From a virus, in the UHGV virus genome UHGV-0135379: a DNA stretch of 44,739 nucleotides; one strand, 5' to 3'. The stretch's first letter is position 1; each line of letters starts with the position of its first letter. Under the pieces are notes generated by a model. That model searched no databases. It saw nothing but the letters and a program-made list of their open reading frames with translations, and was not told the DNA's origin. The position numbers and the translations under genes are program-made. Below are positions 23,703 to 32,798 of the stretch, one piece after another.

Positions 23703-24398
23703 ATGAAAAAGTGTTCAAGATGCGGCGAAGATAAACCGGCGACTACAGAGTATTTTTCAAAGTCAACGCGCCTCGGGCTGCAACGCTGGTGTAAAGAGTG
23801 TGTAAATGCTAACAGGAAGGAAAAGTATGACGAAAAACTTAAATTACAAGGTAAATCCAGACGAGAAAGCCCTTGGTATGTTTTCACTGGGAAGCCTGTT
23901 AAATGCAGAAAGTGTGGGGAGGTAAAACCTTTAACAGAGGAAAACTTCAGGAAAGGAAATAAAAGTAATGGCTCTCATATCAGGAAAGATTGCCGGGAGT
24001 GTCTCAACAAGCAACGCAGGGAACTGGTGAATAAGGACCAAAGGACGCGGGCGTACGCGCTTTTGTTAGGATACAAAAGAGCAGATTCAGGAAAAGGGCT
24101 TATCTGCGATTTAACACTGGAAAGCGTTATTAAACTAATATCACAGCCATGCCATTATTGCGGAAGCACTACAAAAGTCGGGGTAGACCGCATAGATAAT
24201 ACAAGCGGGCACATAGTATCTAACTGCGTTTCTTGTTGTCAGACATGTAATCTTACCAGAGGACACCGGTTTACATTCATTGAAATGGTTACGGAGATAG
24301 GTCCCGCCATTAAAAGAATAAAAGCGGCGAGAGAAGTTTCACATATACCGTCTTTTCCTAATAGGTGGCCTGAAGGAGAATGTAGAGATGCCAAGTAA
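23703..24398 (+). CDS. HNH endonuclease with N-terminal zinc-ribbon repeats
   Basis: Repeated C..C pairs and HNH-like core VDRIDNTSGH...NCVSCCQTCN; AT-rich; ATG with GGAG RBS (track ORF starts at a TTG at 23691). Confidence 0.7.
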   Translation: MKKCSRCGEDKPATTEYFSKSTRLGLQRWCKECVNANRKEKYDEKLKLQGKSRRESPWYVFTGKPVKCRKCGEVKPLTEENFRKGNKSNGSHIRKDCRECLNKQRRELVNKDQRTRAYALLLGYKRADSGKGLICDLTLESVIKLISQPCHYCGSTTKVGVDRIDNTSGHIVSNCVSCCQTCNLTRGHRFTFIEMVTEIGPAIKRIKAAREVSHIPSFPNRWPEGECRDAK

Positions 24399-24519
24399 AC
24401 TAAGTATCGCGGTGCTGGCGGGATTCGCCGCTGGTGTCTACTGTCACGAGGGTCAATACGGCATGATGGTCGCCGTATTGGGTATGCTAGTAGCAATTTA
24501 TTTGTGGGTGCTGGAATGA
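24388..24519 (+). CDS. Small hydrophobic peptide (43 aa)
   Basis: ATG with GAAGGAGAA RBS; coupled to the next ORF. Confidence 0.35.
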   Translation: MPSKLSIAVLAGFAAGVYCHEGQYGMMVAVLGMLVAIYLWVLE

Positions 24520-24605
24520 AAATTTACTGGTTATACGAAGAAGACTGCCGAATCTGTCCGCGCTGCGGGATTGAGCATACGAAACGTGAGGGGTGCGTAT
24601 TATGA
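24516..24605 (+). CDS. Tiny Cys-rich peptide (29 aa)
   Basis: ATGA coupling at both ends; C..C....C..C spacing. Confidence 0.25.
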   Translation: MKIYWLYEEDCRICPRCGIEHTKREGCVL

Positions 24606-24754
24606 CAATGTTAGTATTCTGGACCATAGTAACCATGCTCGCACTGTTACTCGGCGCGGGAATAGCTGCGATGTTCTGTTACGGCCTGTTCTTTAAGTTT
24701 GTTGGCGTTGCCGTTCTCGGAGGAGCGTTTATAACCTGGGTTCTGCGCTCATGA
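24602..24754 (+). CDS. Small membrane peptide (50 aa)
   Basis: Two hydrophobic helices; coupled to the VRR-NUC start. Confidence 0.35.
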   Translation: MTMLVFWTIVTMLALLLGAGIAAMFCYGLFFKFVGVAVLGGAFITWVLRS

Positions 24755-25035
24755 CCCCGGAAGGCAAGATTCAGAAATACGCAAAAGAGCGATTCGAGGC
24801 CATTGGTGGCCTCGTTCGTAAACTTTCCTACGAGGGGCGCTCCGGTGCTCCTGACCTGCTGGTAATTCTCCCCGGCGGCATCGTCTGGTTCGTCGAGGTT
24901 AAGAAAGACGAAAATACGAAGCCAGACCCACACCAGTTACGTGAGCATGAGCGGATGCGTAAACGCGGTGCAAATGTTTTTGTCGTCGGTTCGTTTAAAC
25001 AGGTTGACGACCTAATAGCGAACTATTATAGTTAG
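24751..25035 (+). CDS. VRR-NUC domain nuclease
   Basis: PD-(D/E)XK-type core GAPDLLVIL...FVEVK; 94 aa. Confidence 0.75.
   Translation: MTPEGKIQKYAKERFEAIGGLVRKLSYEGRSGAPDLLVILPGGIVWFVEVKKDENTKPDPHQLREHERMRKRGANVFVVGSFKQVDDLIANYYS
25004..25032 (+). promoter_or_regulatory. Promoter TTGACG-N17-TATAGT with AATAG-CGAA-CTATT operator; upstream of 25066 and the SNF2 helicase
   Basis: Same architecture as 17926 and 20678; overlaps the last codons of the VRR-NUC gene. Confidence 0.6.
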
Positions 25036-25065
25036 CCTTACACCAACAATATAAGGAATTGAGAA

Positions 25066-25260
25066 ATGAAACACGAATATGACCGCAAACCAGCACGTGA
25101 CATCGTACCGGGTGACATGATTTTCAGCGTTAAGACCCGTCGGCCTGTTGCCGTTGATACTGTGTTTGTAGAGTCGAACGGTAAACTGGTTATCGAGGAC
25201 GTAACAGGTAACGTTACGGCGTTCGGGCGCAAAGAGCTGGTGCTCTACGTTAAGGGTTGA
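25066..25260 (+). CDS. Hypothetical protein (64 aa)
   Basis: ATG with AAGGA RBS after promoter 25004-25032. Confidence 0.5.
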   Translation: MKHEYDRKPARDIVPGDMIFSVKTRRPVAVDTVFVESNGKLVIEDVTGNVTAFGRKELVLYVKG

Positions 25261-25262
25261 GT

Positions 25263-26687
25263 ATGTCTAAATTTATCCGTCGAGAGTACCAGAAGCTCAT
25301 GACCTCGTTCATGCTGCAACACCCGCGCTGTAATATCTGGTGCGGAATGGGGGGAGGTAAAACCTCCTCCACTATGTGGGTGCTCAACCGCCTGTTCCGC
25401 AACGGGCAGCTTACAGAAGAGGACCGCGTGTTAATCCTCGCCCCGTTGCGCGTTGCGTCCGGTACATGGCCTGCAGAACAAGAGAAATGGAAATTCCCTT
25501 GTCTGCGCGTCGTAGATGCAACCGGTTCAGAAAAGCGCCGCATCGCAGCGCTGGAGTCTGATGCTAACGTGGTGTGCACTAACTACGAAGTTATCGAGTG
25601 GCTGATTGACTACTACGGCAAAGACGACTGGCCTTTTACCGTTATCGTTGCCGATGAAAGCACGAAGCTTAAATCGTTCCGCAGCCGTTCAGGTGGTAGC
25701 AAGAGGGCGAAGGCGCTTAGCAAGGTTGCGTTCGGCAAGGTTAAGCGTTTCATCAACCTTACGGGTACACCATCACCAAACGGCCTCAAAGACCTGTGGG
25801 GGCAGAACTGGTTTATCGACGCTGGCGAGCGCCTCGGTTCTTCGTACACAGCGTTCACTGACCGCTGGTTTAACTCGGTACAGAAAGGCAAATCGGCTAT
25901 GGCACGTGAATATCACGCACGCCCGGGTGCAGATAATGAGATTCATCAGAAGATGAAAGACATCAGCCTGACCATAGACCCCGCCGAATGGTTCGGTTGT
26001 GAAGCGCCGATTATTGTACCGGTCGAAATCGACCTGCCGAAGAAAGCGCGTCAGGCGTACATTGATATGGAGGAGAAGTTATTTGCGGAACTGGAGAGCG
26101 GGGAAGTTGAAGCGGCTAACGCCGCGGCGAAGACGTCGAAGTGCTTGCAAATTGCATCCGGTGCTGTGTATGTGTCAGGACCAGACGGCGAAGCGACCAA
26201 AGACTGGGAGAAAGTGCACGACACGAAACTGGATGCGCTTGAGTCAATTGTCGAGGAGTTACAGGGCGCGCCGCTGCTTGTAGCCTATCAGTTTAAGCAC
26301 GAACTGGAGCGCATCCTTAAGCGATTCCCGCAGGCGCAGGCATTTGCTAAAGGCGCTAAAGGTAATAAGCAGATGGAAGCGTGGAACCGCGGGGAAATCG
26401 AAATCTTATGCGTGCATCCAGCGTCAGCCGGTCATGGTTTGAATTTACAGGACGGCGGGCATCATCTGGCATTCATCTCGCAAGGCTGGAACCTTGAGCA
26501 CTATTTGCAGGTTGTTGAGCGCATAGGCCCAGTCCGCCAGAAACAGGCGGGTCACGAGCGCCCGGTGTTCCTTTATCACATCGTTGCTAAAGACACTCTG
26601 GACGAGGTTGTCGCCGCGCGTACCGACGAGAAGAAATCGGTACAGGAAGAGTTGCTTAATTACATGAAGAGACGAGGTAAGAAATGA
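25263..26687 (+). CDS. SNF2-family (DEAD/DEAH-like) helicase
   Basis: Motifs MGGGKT, ADESTKLK, NLTGTP; ATG at 25263 (track ORF starts at a TTG at 25257). Confidence 0.85.
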   Translation: MSKFIRREYQKLMTSFMLQHPRCNIWCGMGGGKTSSTMWVLNRLFRNGQLTEEDRVLILAPLRVASGTWPAEQEKWKFPCLRVVDATGSEKRRIAALESDANVVCTNYEVIEWLIDYYGKDDWPFTVIVADESTKLKSFRSRSGGSKRAKALSKVAFGKVKRFINLTGTPSPNGLKDLWGQNWFIDAGERLGSSYTAFTDRWFNSVQKGKSAMAREYHARPGADNEIHQKMKDISLTIDPAEWFGCEAPIIVPVEIDLPKKARQAYIDMEEKLFAELESGEVEAANAAAKTSKCLQIASGAVYVSGPDGEATKDWEKVHDTKLDALESIVEELQGAPLLVAYQFKHELERILKRFPQAQAFAKGAKGNKQMEAWNRGEIEILCVHPASAGHGLNLQDGGHHLAFISQGWNLEHYLQVVERIGPVRQKQAGHERPVFLYHIVAKDTLDEVVAARTDEKKSVQEELLNYMKRRGKK

Positions 26688-27199
26688 TGGATTTCGAAGA
26701 GTTTCTACTTAAAGCTCATCTGCTGGCGCGTGGGTTTGACGCTGACCGTCTCCAGGTAGTCTTAGCCCCTGGAGTAGCTACGTTTTACCTGTGGGGGTTT
26801 GACGGTAGGCTTCGCGGATACCAGCATTACAAACCACATGCCGAAAAGAACTGTAAAAACCCTAAAGACGCGCGGTACTTTACCAGAACAACAAGGCCGT
26901 GTTTATGGGGGCTTGAGTATTTGCCGGAAAGCGGGGTGGTATTTGTTACCGAAAGCATATTCAAAGCCGTAGCCTTGATGAATTGCGGGTTCAATGCTGT
27001 AAGCGCACTGGGGTCAAATATATCAACAGACCTACGGCAGCAAATGTCACTTTTGCCGTATGACTGGGTGTGCGCTGGCGACAATGATAAAGCTGGATTA
27101 AAGTTCAGCAAAACATTCACCAGAGGATTTGTATCTAACGACCTTGATGAACTTTGTGAAGAAGAAATAACGTATCTTGCGAGGAAATTTACCAGATGA
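26684..27199 (+). CDS. TOPRIM-domain protein (primase-like)
   Basis: Conserved Glu (VFVTES) and DxD (AGDND) typical of TOPRIM. Confidence 0.5.
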   Translation: MMDFEEFLLKAHLLARGFDADRLQVVLAPGVATFYLWGFDGRLRGYQHYKPHAEKNCKNPKDARYFTRTTRPCLWGLEYLPESGVVFVTESIFKAVALMNCGFNAVSALGSNISTDLRQQMSLLPYDWVCAGDNDKAGLKFSKTFTRGFVSNDLDELCEEEITYLARKFTR

Positions 27200-27333
27200 A
27201 CATCATAGCCCCAATTCCGGCATTGCAAAAACGTATCAAGGAACTCGAAGAAGAGGTTCTGCGGCTACGTCAGCAAAGAGACGCCGCTAATGCGCAACTG
27301 GCGTTTGTACTGGAGAAGTTATCAGAAGAGTAG
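27196..27333 (+). CDS. Hypothetical coiled-coil peptide (45 aa)
   Basis: ATGA-coupled to the TOPRIM gene; terminator follows. Confidence 0.4.
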   Translation: MNIIAPIPALQKRIKELEEEVLRLRQQRDAANAQLAFVLEKLSEE

Positions 27334-27337
27334 AGAA

Positions 27338-27366
27338 AAGGCCCCGTTTGGGGCCTTAGTTTTAAG
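27338..27366. terminator. Bidirectional terminator between the replication block and the tailspike gene
   Basis: Hairpin AAGGCCCC-GTTT-GGGGCCTT with T-rich flanks on both strands; convergent genes. Confidence 0.6.
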
Positions 27367-29347
27367 CCAACGACATTCGGGAGTTAGCGAAAGCTAAAGC
27401 CTGAGCCTGCGTCGTAAACTCAGCGATGAAGAAGTCACTAAATCTGATAACAGCACCTGAACCTCCCCCAGTAGAGACGTACAGACCTACAGTACCGTTA
27501 GCGGAAGCTTTACCCACCCCAAATGTGCTAATCCACTCACCAGACTTAGTATAAACGCTACCCATAGTAATACCTAACGTTATACTCACATCTGCTGTTC
27601 CTGATTGGAGGCGAGAGTTGACGCCCCACACGTACCATCTACCGGATGTAAGTGTCGTTCTTGACGCTACCATTTCATATAAACCGGACCCAGGGAATGA
27701 AAATTCGGTACATGTAGCGGCGTGAAGTCCGTCAGATACAGTCGAACCGTTAACGGTACCGCTACCAGAAAAATTATGGCTACCTGAGTCAAATGTGATA
27801 GCTTTTAACTTATTCCCCGTCGGCGTATTAAACACTCGTCCCCTTGTTAAATTTCCTCGTAGAGACAAGTTTGTAGTGGCTATCGTTGCGGATTGCGACG
27901 CGACAGACTCTACAATAACGTCCTTTCCAGAGCTGCCGTTTAAATACACGTCGTGGGCTACGATGGTGCTTTGTGCATCCACTACAATATCCTGATTACC
28001 ATCGGCGTTGTCAAAACGGCAACCATAAGTTACTAAGTTGGAGTTGGATAGCTCGATGTTGTTGAGATAAGAATACTCAGCAAAGAATATCGCGGTGTCT
28101 ACCAACTTGAGAACTCGCGGTTTTTGCGCCACGCCGTCTACCTGAACAGCCGATGATGTTGCAATCGCTTCCGTCCATACATTGGATACCCCGCATGGAG
28201 ATGTAGGGCAGTCACCTGATTTGCTTTTTAAATATATCCCGCCGCCTCCGGAAGCCTCAATAATGGAGTCTTTAAGCCACCATCCGCCTATCCCGCCGTT
28301 ATCGACAGTGCCGTTTAGGTAGACGGCATAGGTGGAGATGCCGTCGAAGTGGATATTGTAGAGGGTATCGGCCCCGCAATGCATCTCTGAGCCACTAATC
28401 GCGTAATACCCCCAATCACACGTAGATACCCCAATATTTCTCCATGTATTACCGATGTTCCCGGAAGGCTTCTGAATGGCCTTGTTGATGTTGTGGATGT
28501 ATAAATCACTAAAATTATGACGTCCGGAATATTGGTCTGACGGGTCAAAACTAATACCTACGGCCCCAGTTGTACCTGTACCATCTACGGCAAAACCACC
28601 GCTGTGTCGAAACTGCCAGTGCGGGGTGGATAAATTAACCTGTACAGTATTTGCATAGTTTGCCGATGGTTTTAATATTGCAGCACCACCTACACCTTTT
28701 ATCTGCTTACTACCCAGAGTGATTGCTTCTGTATACTCACCCGGAGAAACAATTAAGTCGTTTTTAGTTAACGACGCATCTACCGCGGCTTGAAGGGTAG
28801 AAAAGTCGCCAGAATGCTTAATATCATTGTTACGTGCAAGCAAACTCCTTTCGCCACTGCCTATGTTCTTGGCACCTTCCGCGTCAGATAATGTTTCAAC
28901 GGTGTTACCGTTGGAAAAAGACACCAGTGAAGCCCCTAAACCGGCGGTACTTGACGCCAAATCATTACGCAAATTTGGGTCTGTCTGCGGCTTCCAGTTA
29001 GCGTTACCGACTGGATTAAAACTCGCGGGAACAACAACCGGCAACGTACCCGCATATGAGTACCACGTCTTGCTTACGGGGTCATACACCACTTTGTCGC
29101 GGTCATTAACTGTTAACGTACCGCCGGTGGAAAAGTCCCACGATACGGGAGAAAAACCGGCATCACGCAACACAGCAGGAAGCGTCTTCTGGGTCTGCCC
29201 GGTAACAGGGTTGGTCGCGTAATCAATATCGGCGCCACCAGCAACCCCGCCGGATTTACCGGTGATAACCTCGGCTTCAAAAATTTGGTGTTTCTTGGCG
29301 GTTTGTAAATCCGCCAGGCTTAAAACGTCACCGCATCCGCTTGACAT
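27362..29347 (-). CDS. Tailspike or tail fibre with right-handed beta-helix (depolymerase-like) domain
   Basis: 661 aa, last gene of the tail operon; Gly/Ser/Asn-rich repeats; ATG with AAAGAGGA RBS. Confidence 0.7.
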   Translation of the reverse strand: MSSGCGDVLSLADLQTAKKHQIFEAEVITGKSGGVAGGADIDYATNPVTGQTQKTLPAVLRDAGFSPVSWDFSTGGTLTVNDRDKVVYDPVSKTWYSYAGTLPVVVPASFNPVGNANWKPQTDPNLRNDLASSTAGLGASLVSFSNGNTVETLSDAEGAKNIGSGERSLLARNNDIKHSGDFSTLQAAVDASLTKNDLIVSPGEYTEAITLGSKQIKGVGGAAILKPSANYANTVQVNLSTPHWQFRHSGGFAVDGTGTTGAVGISFDPSDQYSGRHNFSDLYIHNINKAIQKPSGNIGNTWRNIGVSTCDWGYYAISGSEMHCGADTLYNIHFDGISTYAVYLNGTVDNGGIGGWWLKDSIIEASGGGGIYLKSKSGDCPTSPCGVSNVWTEAIATSSAVQVDGVAQKPRVLKLVDTAIFFAEYSYLNNIELSNSNLVTYGCRFDNADGNQDIVVDAQSTIVAHDVYLNGSSGKDVIVESVASQSATIATTNLSLRGNLTRGRVFNTPTGNKLKAITFDSGSHNFSGSGTVNGSTVSDGLHAATCTEFSFPGSGLYEMVASRTTLTSGRWYVWGVNSRLQSGTADVSITLGITMGSVYTKSGEWISTFGVGKASANGTVGLYVSTGGGSGAVIRFSDFFIAEFTTQAQALAFANSRMSLA

Positions 29348-29359
29348 ATAGAGTCCTCT

Positions 29360-31927
29360 TTAATTAAAACCATTGCTGAATCCGTCGGAGAAACCGCTGC
29401 CGTATGGCGCGACGCCGTCGTATTTATAGAATCCGTCATCATAGTTGTAGCCCGTAATCTTGACCGTGCGGTCGTCGCCGGGGTCGATTGAAGAAACAAC
29501 TATCTTCTGAGCATTATGCCTTGCTTCGTTGCCGAATGAAAACTCAGTTTTTAGCGCACTATTCCCCGTGTAGATTGCCTCCTCCGGCGCGGAGAGCATA
29601 ATCACTTCGCGGTCGTGGCTTCCTTTGATAACAGAAATACTCTGCACAGAGCCGTCGCGCTTCTTAAGAATGATGGAATGGTCATCACCAGGAGTAAACG
29701 TAACAGGCTGAGACAGCGTCAGCGTAAGGCCATTGACGGCAACAACATAACCATCCTGCGGCGCGATACGCGAGCCTTTAACCACACTGATTACGCCGCC
29801 GGGAGTAGCGAGAGCGCCTTCTTCGGTAGCTTCGAACTCTACGACAACTTTACTTAACGTGTTGCGCTGGTAGCGACGCCACGCCAGCCAGTACGCTTGC
29901 TGATAGTTACGTACACCCTTCGATTCGTACTCCTCGGTGTTCGCGCCGAGTTCTTCCGGGATATAAATCGTCTCCTGTACGTTTGTATCCGGGTCAATGT
30001 ACGAGAACGACAGGCTATCGTAGGTTGTCGAATCGTTGAACGTGCGCGTCCATTTCTCCGTACCGGTCGTTTTGCTGCGGTGGGTGAAAACCATCTCAGG
30101 CCCCGCAACAGGACGGTCGAATCGCAGCATAATATCAGCACCTTTACGGTATGCCGTACAAAACACGGCTTCCGCGATGGTCTGAACGATGTCTTGCATG
30201 GTTGTGTCGTAGTCGTCGAATGTGTAGCAGAACTGCCCGGCTAATTCACTGTCAAAATACGACTCAATTTCTTCCTGCACGGCAAGTAACTTGTCCATAT
30301 TTGCCGTTGTCAGTTCCAGATTACCCACCACAGGGTCACGCGCCAGCCTGATTAGCGACTGCACGGCCTGAGTGTTCGGTGTCATTACCGTATCGAATAC
30401 GCCGTTACCTAAGTATTTGTAGCACATCTCGGTTGCAATCATGCGCAGTTCCGGTTCGGACACCTCGGCTGCACGTGGGGTTTGTTTACGGGCGCAGTGT
30501 ACGGTAGTACGGTTGCCGTAGTGGGGGGTTGTGTCCAGCGACTGCCCATACAGATTAGTGAAAGTAACCTCGTCGCTAACAGTACCTTCAAAATCTTTAT
30601 CGGTGTCCGAAACACGACGCATACGGGCGCGGAATCTGGAAGCAGTTGGTAAACTTCCGTAAAGAGTAATCCCTGTGTAATCCGTGTTCCGGCCTGTTAC
30701 GGTTCCTCGTACGGTAAATATGTCACCTACAGGCTGTTTCAATTCATCTACCATCTGGTATTGCAGTTCGACTGTCACTGAAGCGCGGTTATAGTCGCCG
30801 TTGTATTTGTACATGCCGTTGCTGGCAGCCACATTGGCTACAACACGGTCGACGGTTCCGCGGGTGATGTACGCCCATTCAGAGAGGGAAGCCGCGTAAG
30901 TATCCGCCGGGCCTATAAGATGGTTGCCCTCTTCACCTATAAACCATACAGATGTTCCTAGCTGGTTCCATATTGATTGATTTGTACTGACGTCCACAAT
31001 AAGGGTCGTTTCACTAACAGAAAGAACCGTGTACCTCCCGTCCAGGTTAACCTCATTACCCAAAGACCCTGGGGTTGTATCTGCATATACGTTATCGAAG
31101 TATGCCAGGTCCCCGACCGCCAAAAACTCATCGAAACCAGCGTCATCGCCTACTACAACGCCGGTTGTTCCCTGCCGCTGGACAGTGTAGTCCTGCACGT
31201 CTATAGCGATATCATTAGGGGCGGGAAGAACAGCGCCATCGACATCGGCGTTTTTAAATGTAACGTACAATTTCTGGTCTATAGGGGCGCCGATATGCAA
31301 TTGTGGTGTGCTGGTGTTATTCGGCGAAGTGTAAGGAGAATACACCGTCACCGACGAGCCAGTTATCTCGCTGATTCGGGTATCTGCCTCAGTTACACCG
31401 TCTTCCTCAATATGCAGATACCCTCGACCGGCGTCATAGTACGCATATTCAATAAGCGCCCCCGTGGCGTTAAACACCTTATACGTCTGCATCAGGTCAT
31501 TGGGTATAGTCTGCACTGTCCCGCAGATGTCATAAGAACGTTCATAAGGACGTGGCTTGTTCGAGCGGTCAGTAAGACTGTTGTTAGGCGACGTAGCCTG
31601 ATTGTTGGTAGCGGAATAATTAGCGTTAGCTGCTGTGTTTAGCCCGAACAATTTGGCGATTGGCTTAAGGATGAAACTGAATACACTCCCGATGGCGTCG
31701 CCAATGCCGCCGCCAGCGCCCTCTATAATGTGGTACACGGCGTCCTCGTCTTTGAGCGCGTCGAAGTCGTCTGTAACATCAGTATCATCACCAATCTCGC
31801 CAAGATAGACGCGTACCGGAACGCCGTCCGGGATACGGTTAACGACAAACTCCATCGGCATCCCGACGTGTTTTGTACGGTTGAAAGCGCCATCAGCGTT
31901 TCGCGTGTAGTGCAGGATTATCGCCAA
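29360..31927 (-). CDS. Central tail tip / host-specificity protein (lambda J-like)
   Basis: 855 aa, follows K- and L-like genes; TTG start with GGAG RBS (alternative ATGs at 31861 and 31855). Confidence 0.7.
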   Translation of the reverse strand: MAIILHYTRNADGAFNRTKHVGMPMEFVVNRIPDGVPVRVYLGEIGDDTDVTDDFDALKDEDAVYHIIEGAGGGIGDAIGSVFSFILKPIAKLFGLNTAANANYSATNNQATSPNNSLTDRSNKPRPYERSYDICGTVQTIPNDLMQTYKVFNATGALIEYAYYDAGRGYLHIEEDGVTEADTRISEITGSSVTVYSPYTSPNNTSTPQLHIGAPIDQKLYVTFKNADVDGAVLPAPNDIAIDVQDYTVQRQGTTGVVVGDDAGFDEFLAVGDLAYFDNVYADTTPGSLGNEVNLDGRYTVLSVSETTLIVDVSTNQSIWNQLGTSVWFIGEEGNHLIGPADTYAASLSEWAYITRGTVDRVVANVAASNGMYKYNGDYNRASVTVELQYQMVDELKQPVGDIFTVRGTVTGRNTDYTGITLYGSLPTASRFRARMRRVSDTDKDFEGTVSDEVTFTNLYGQSLDTTPHYGNRTTVHCARKQTPRAAEVSEPELRMIATEMCYKYLGNGVFDTVMTPNTQAVQSLIRLARDPVVGNLELTTANMDKLLAVQEEIESYFDSELAGQFCYTFDDYDTTMQDIVQTIAEAVFCTAYRKGADIMLRFDRPVAGPEMVFTHRSKTTGTEKWTRTFNDSTTYDSLSFSYIDPDTNVQETIYIPEELGANTEEYESKGVRNYQQAYWLAWRRYQRNTLSKVVVEFEATEEGALATPGGVISVVKGSRIAPQDGYVVAVNGLTLTLSQPVTFTPGDDHSIILKKRDGSVQSISVIKGSHDREVIMLSAPEEAIYTGNSALKTEFSFGNEARHNAQKIVVSSIDPGDDRTVKITGYNYDDGFYKYDGVAPYGSGFSDGFSNGFN

Positions 31928-32283
31928 AATTCAATCTCCGTGTACGTGTCTCTGAGATCCGCCAGCCTGTCAAGCCGTACCTGACGGGAAGCAAGCTCGC
32001 AATGGCTCACCATCCCGTCGAAGTAAACTCCTGCGTGCCACACGATACGACCGCCGCGGCGATACCCCATAAGCACCGCACAGAAGTTTTCAGGCTTATC
32101 AATTTTTGTAAGCCCCTTCGTGTTGCGATGCCCTTCGTCAAACGCTTCGTTAATCGCCGTTGGGCTTGCAACGTCGAACGCTGGGGTTTCTAACCCGGCA
32201 TCCGCGCGGACAATGCGCACGTGATGCCAGCAATTACGTTTGCGAAAGTCGTAAGGTATTCCCGTGTAGTCGTTAATATTCAT
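31918..32283 (-). CDS. Tail assembly protein with NlpC/P60-like fold (lambda K-like)
   Basis: Cys/His catalytic-type residues (NCWHH...H); position in tail tip cluster. Confidence 0.6.
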   Translation of the reverse strand: MNINDYTGIPYDFRKRNCWHHVRIVRADAGLETPAFDVASPTAINEAFDEGHRNTKGLTKIDKPENFCAVLMGYRRGGRIVWHAGVYFDGMVSHCELASRQVRLDRLADLRDTYTEIEFWR

Positions 32284-32795
32284 GTAGTCAACAGGCCGCG
32301 TAATAACGGTATCTCTTTAGGTGTCATCAGTATACCAGTGCTTCGTTGGTTCAGCATAGGTGTACCGACATCCGCAGAGAACTCGCCCTTCTCCTGGTTG
32401 ATGGCCTGTAACTCGTACACGACAGGGCCATCCGCCGGGTAAGACAGGTCGGTGCTGACGTAACGGCGGAAGACGAACTTCGGCAACTCGGTATTGCTCA
32501 TCGGGATTTTATCCATCTCATCGTCAAGTTGATTGAGAATATCCGGTAAAGTAAATGTCGTCGTCTGGTCCATATCACTGTTGTTAGCCGCACCCGACGC
32601 TTCCATAGGAGTAGGTTCGAACGTGATTGTTTCTCCCGTCTCCAGCGTTGCCGTAAGTTCCTGTAGCCCGCGCACAAGATAGTACGTCTTTGACAGCAAC
32701 GGGTGGCTGATTTGCAACGTGATGTAGTCCATCTCGCCGTCGGGATTTGAGGCCAGCTTACGGCGATAGGCAGCTTCTACTGATTCCTGGCTCAT
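32280..32795 (-). CDS. Minor tail protein (lambda L-like)
   Basis: 171 aa, position between distal tail protein and K-like gene. Confidence 0.55.
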   Translation of the reverse strand: MSQESVEAAYRRKLASNPDGEMDYITLQISHPLLSKTYYLVRGLQELTATLETGETITFEPTPMEASGAANNSDMDQTTTFTLPDILNQLDDEMDKIPMSNTELPKFVFRRYVSTDLSYPADGPVVYELQAINQEKGEFSADVGTPMLNQRSTGILMTPKEIPLLRGLLTT

Positions 32796-32798
32796 AAA

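Noticed and set aside
27362-29347. Assigning the tailspike to a specific enzyme class (endosialidase, P22-like endorhamnosidase or K5 lyase)
   Set aside because: Only a generic beta-helix repeat pattern is visible; no reliable family-specific motif could be confirmed from memory.
30977-31642. 221-aa plus-strand ORF inside the J-like tail gene
   Set aside because: Antisense to a large structural gene; Arg/Val/Ile-rich artefact, no RBS.
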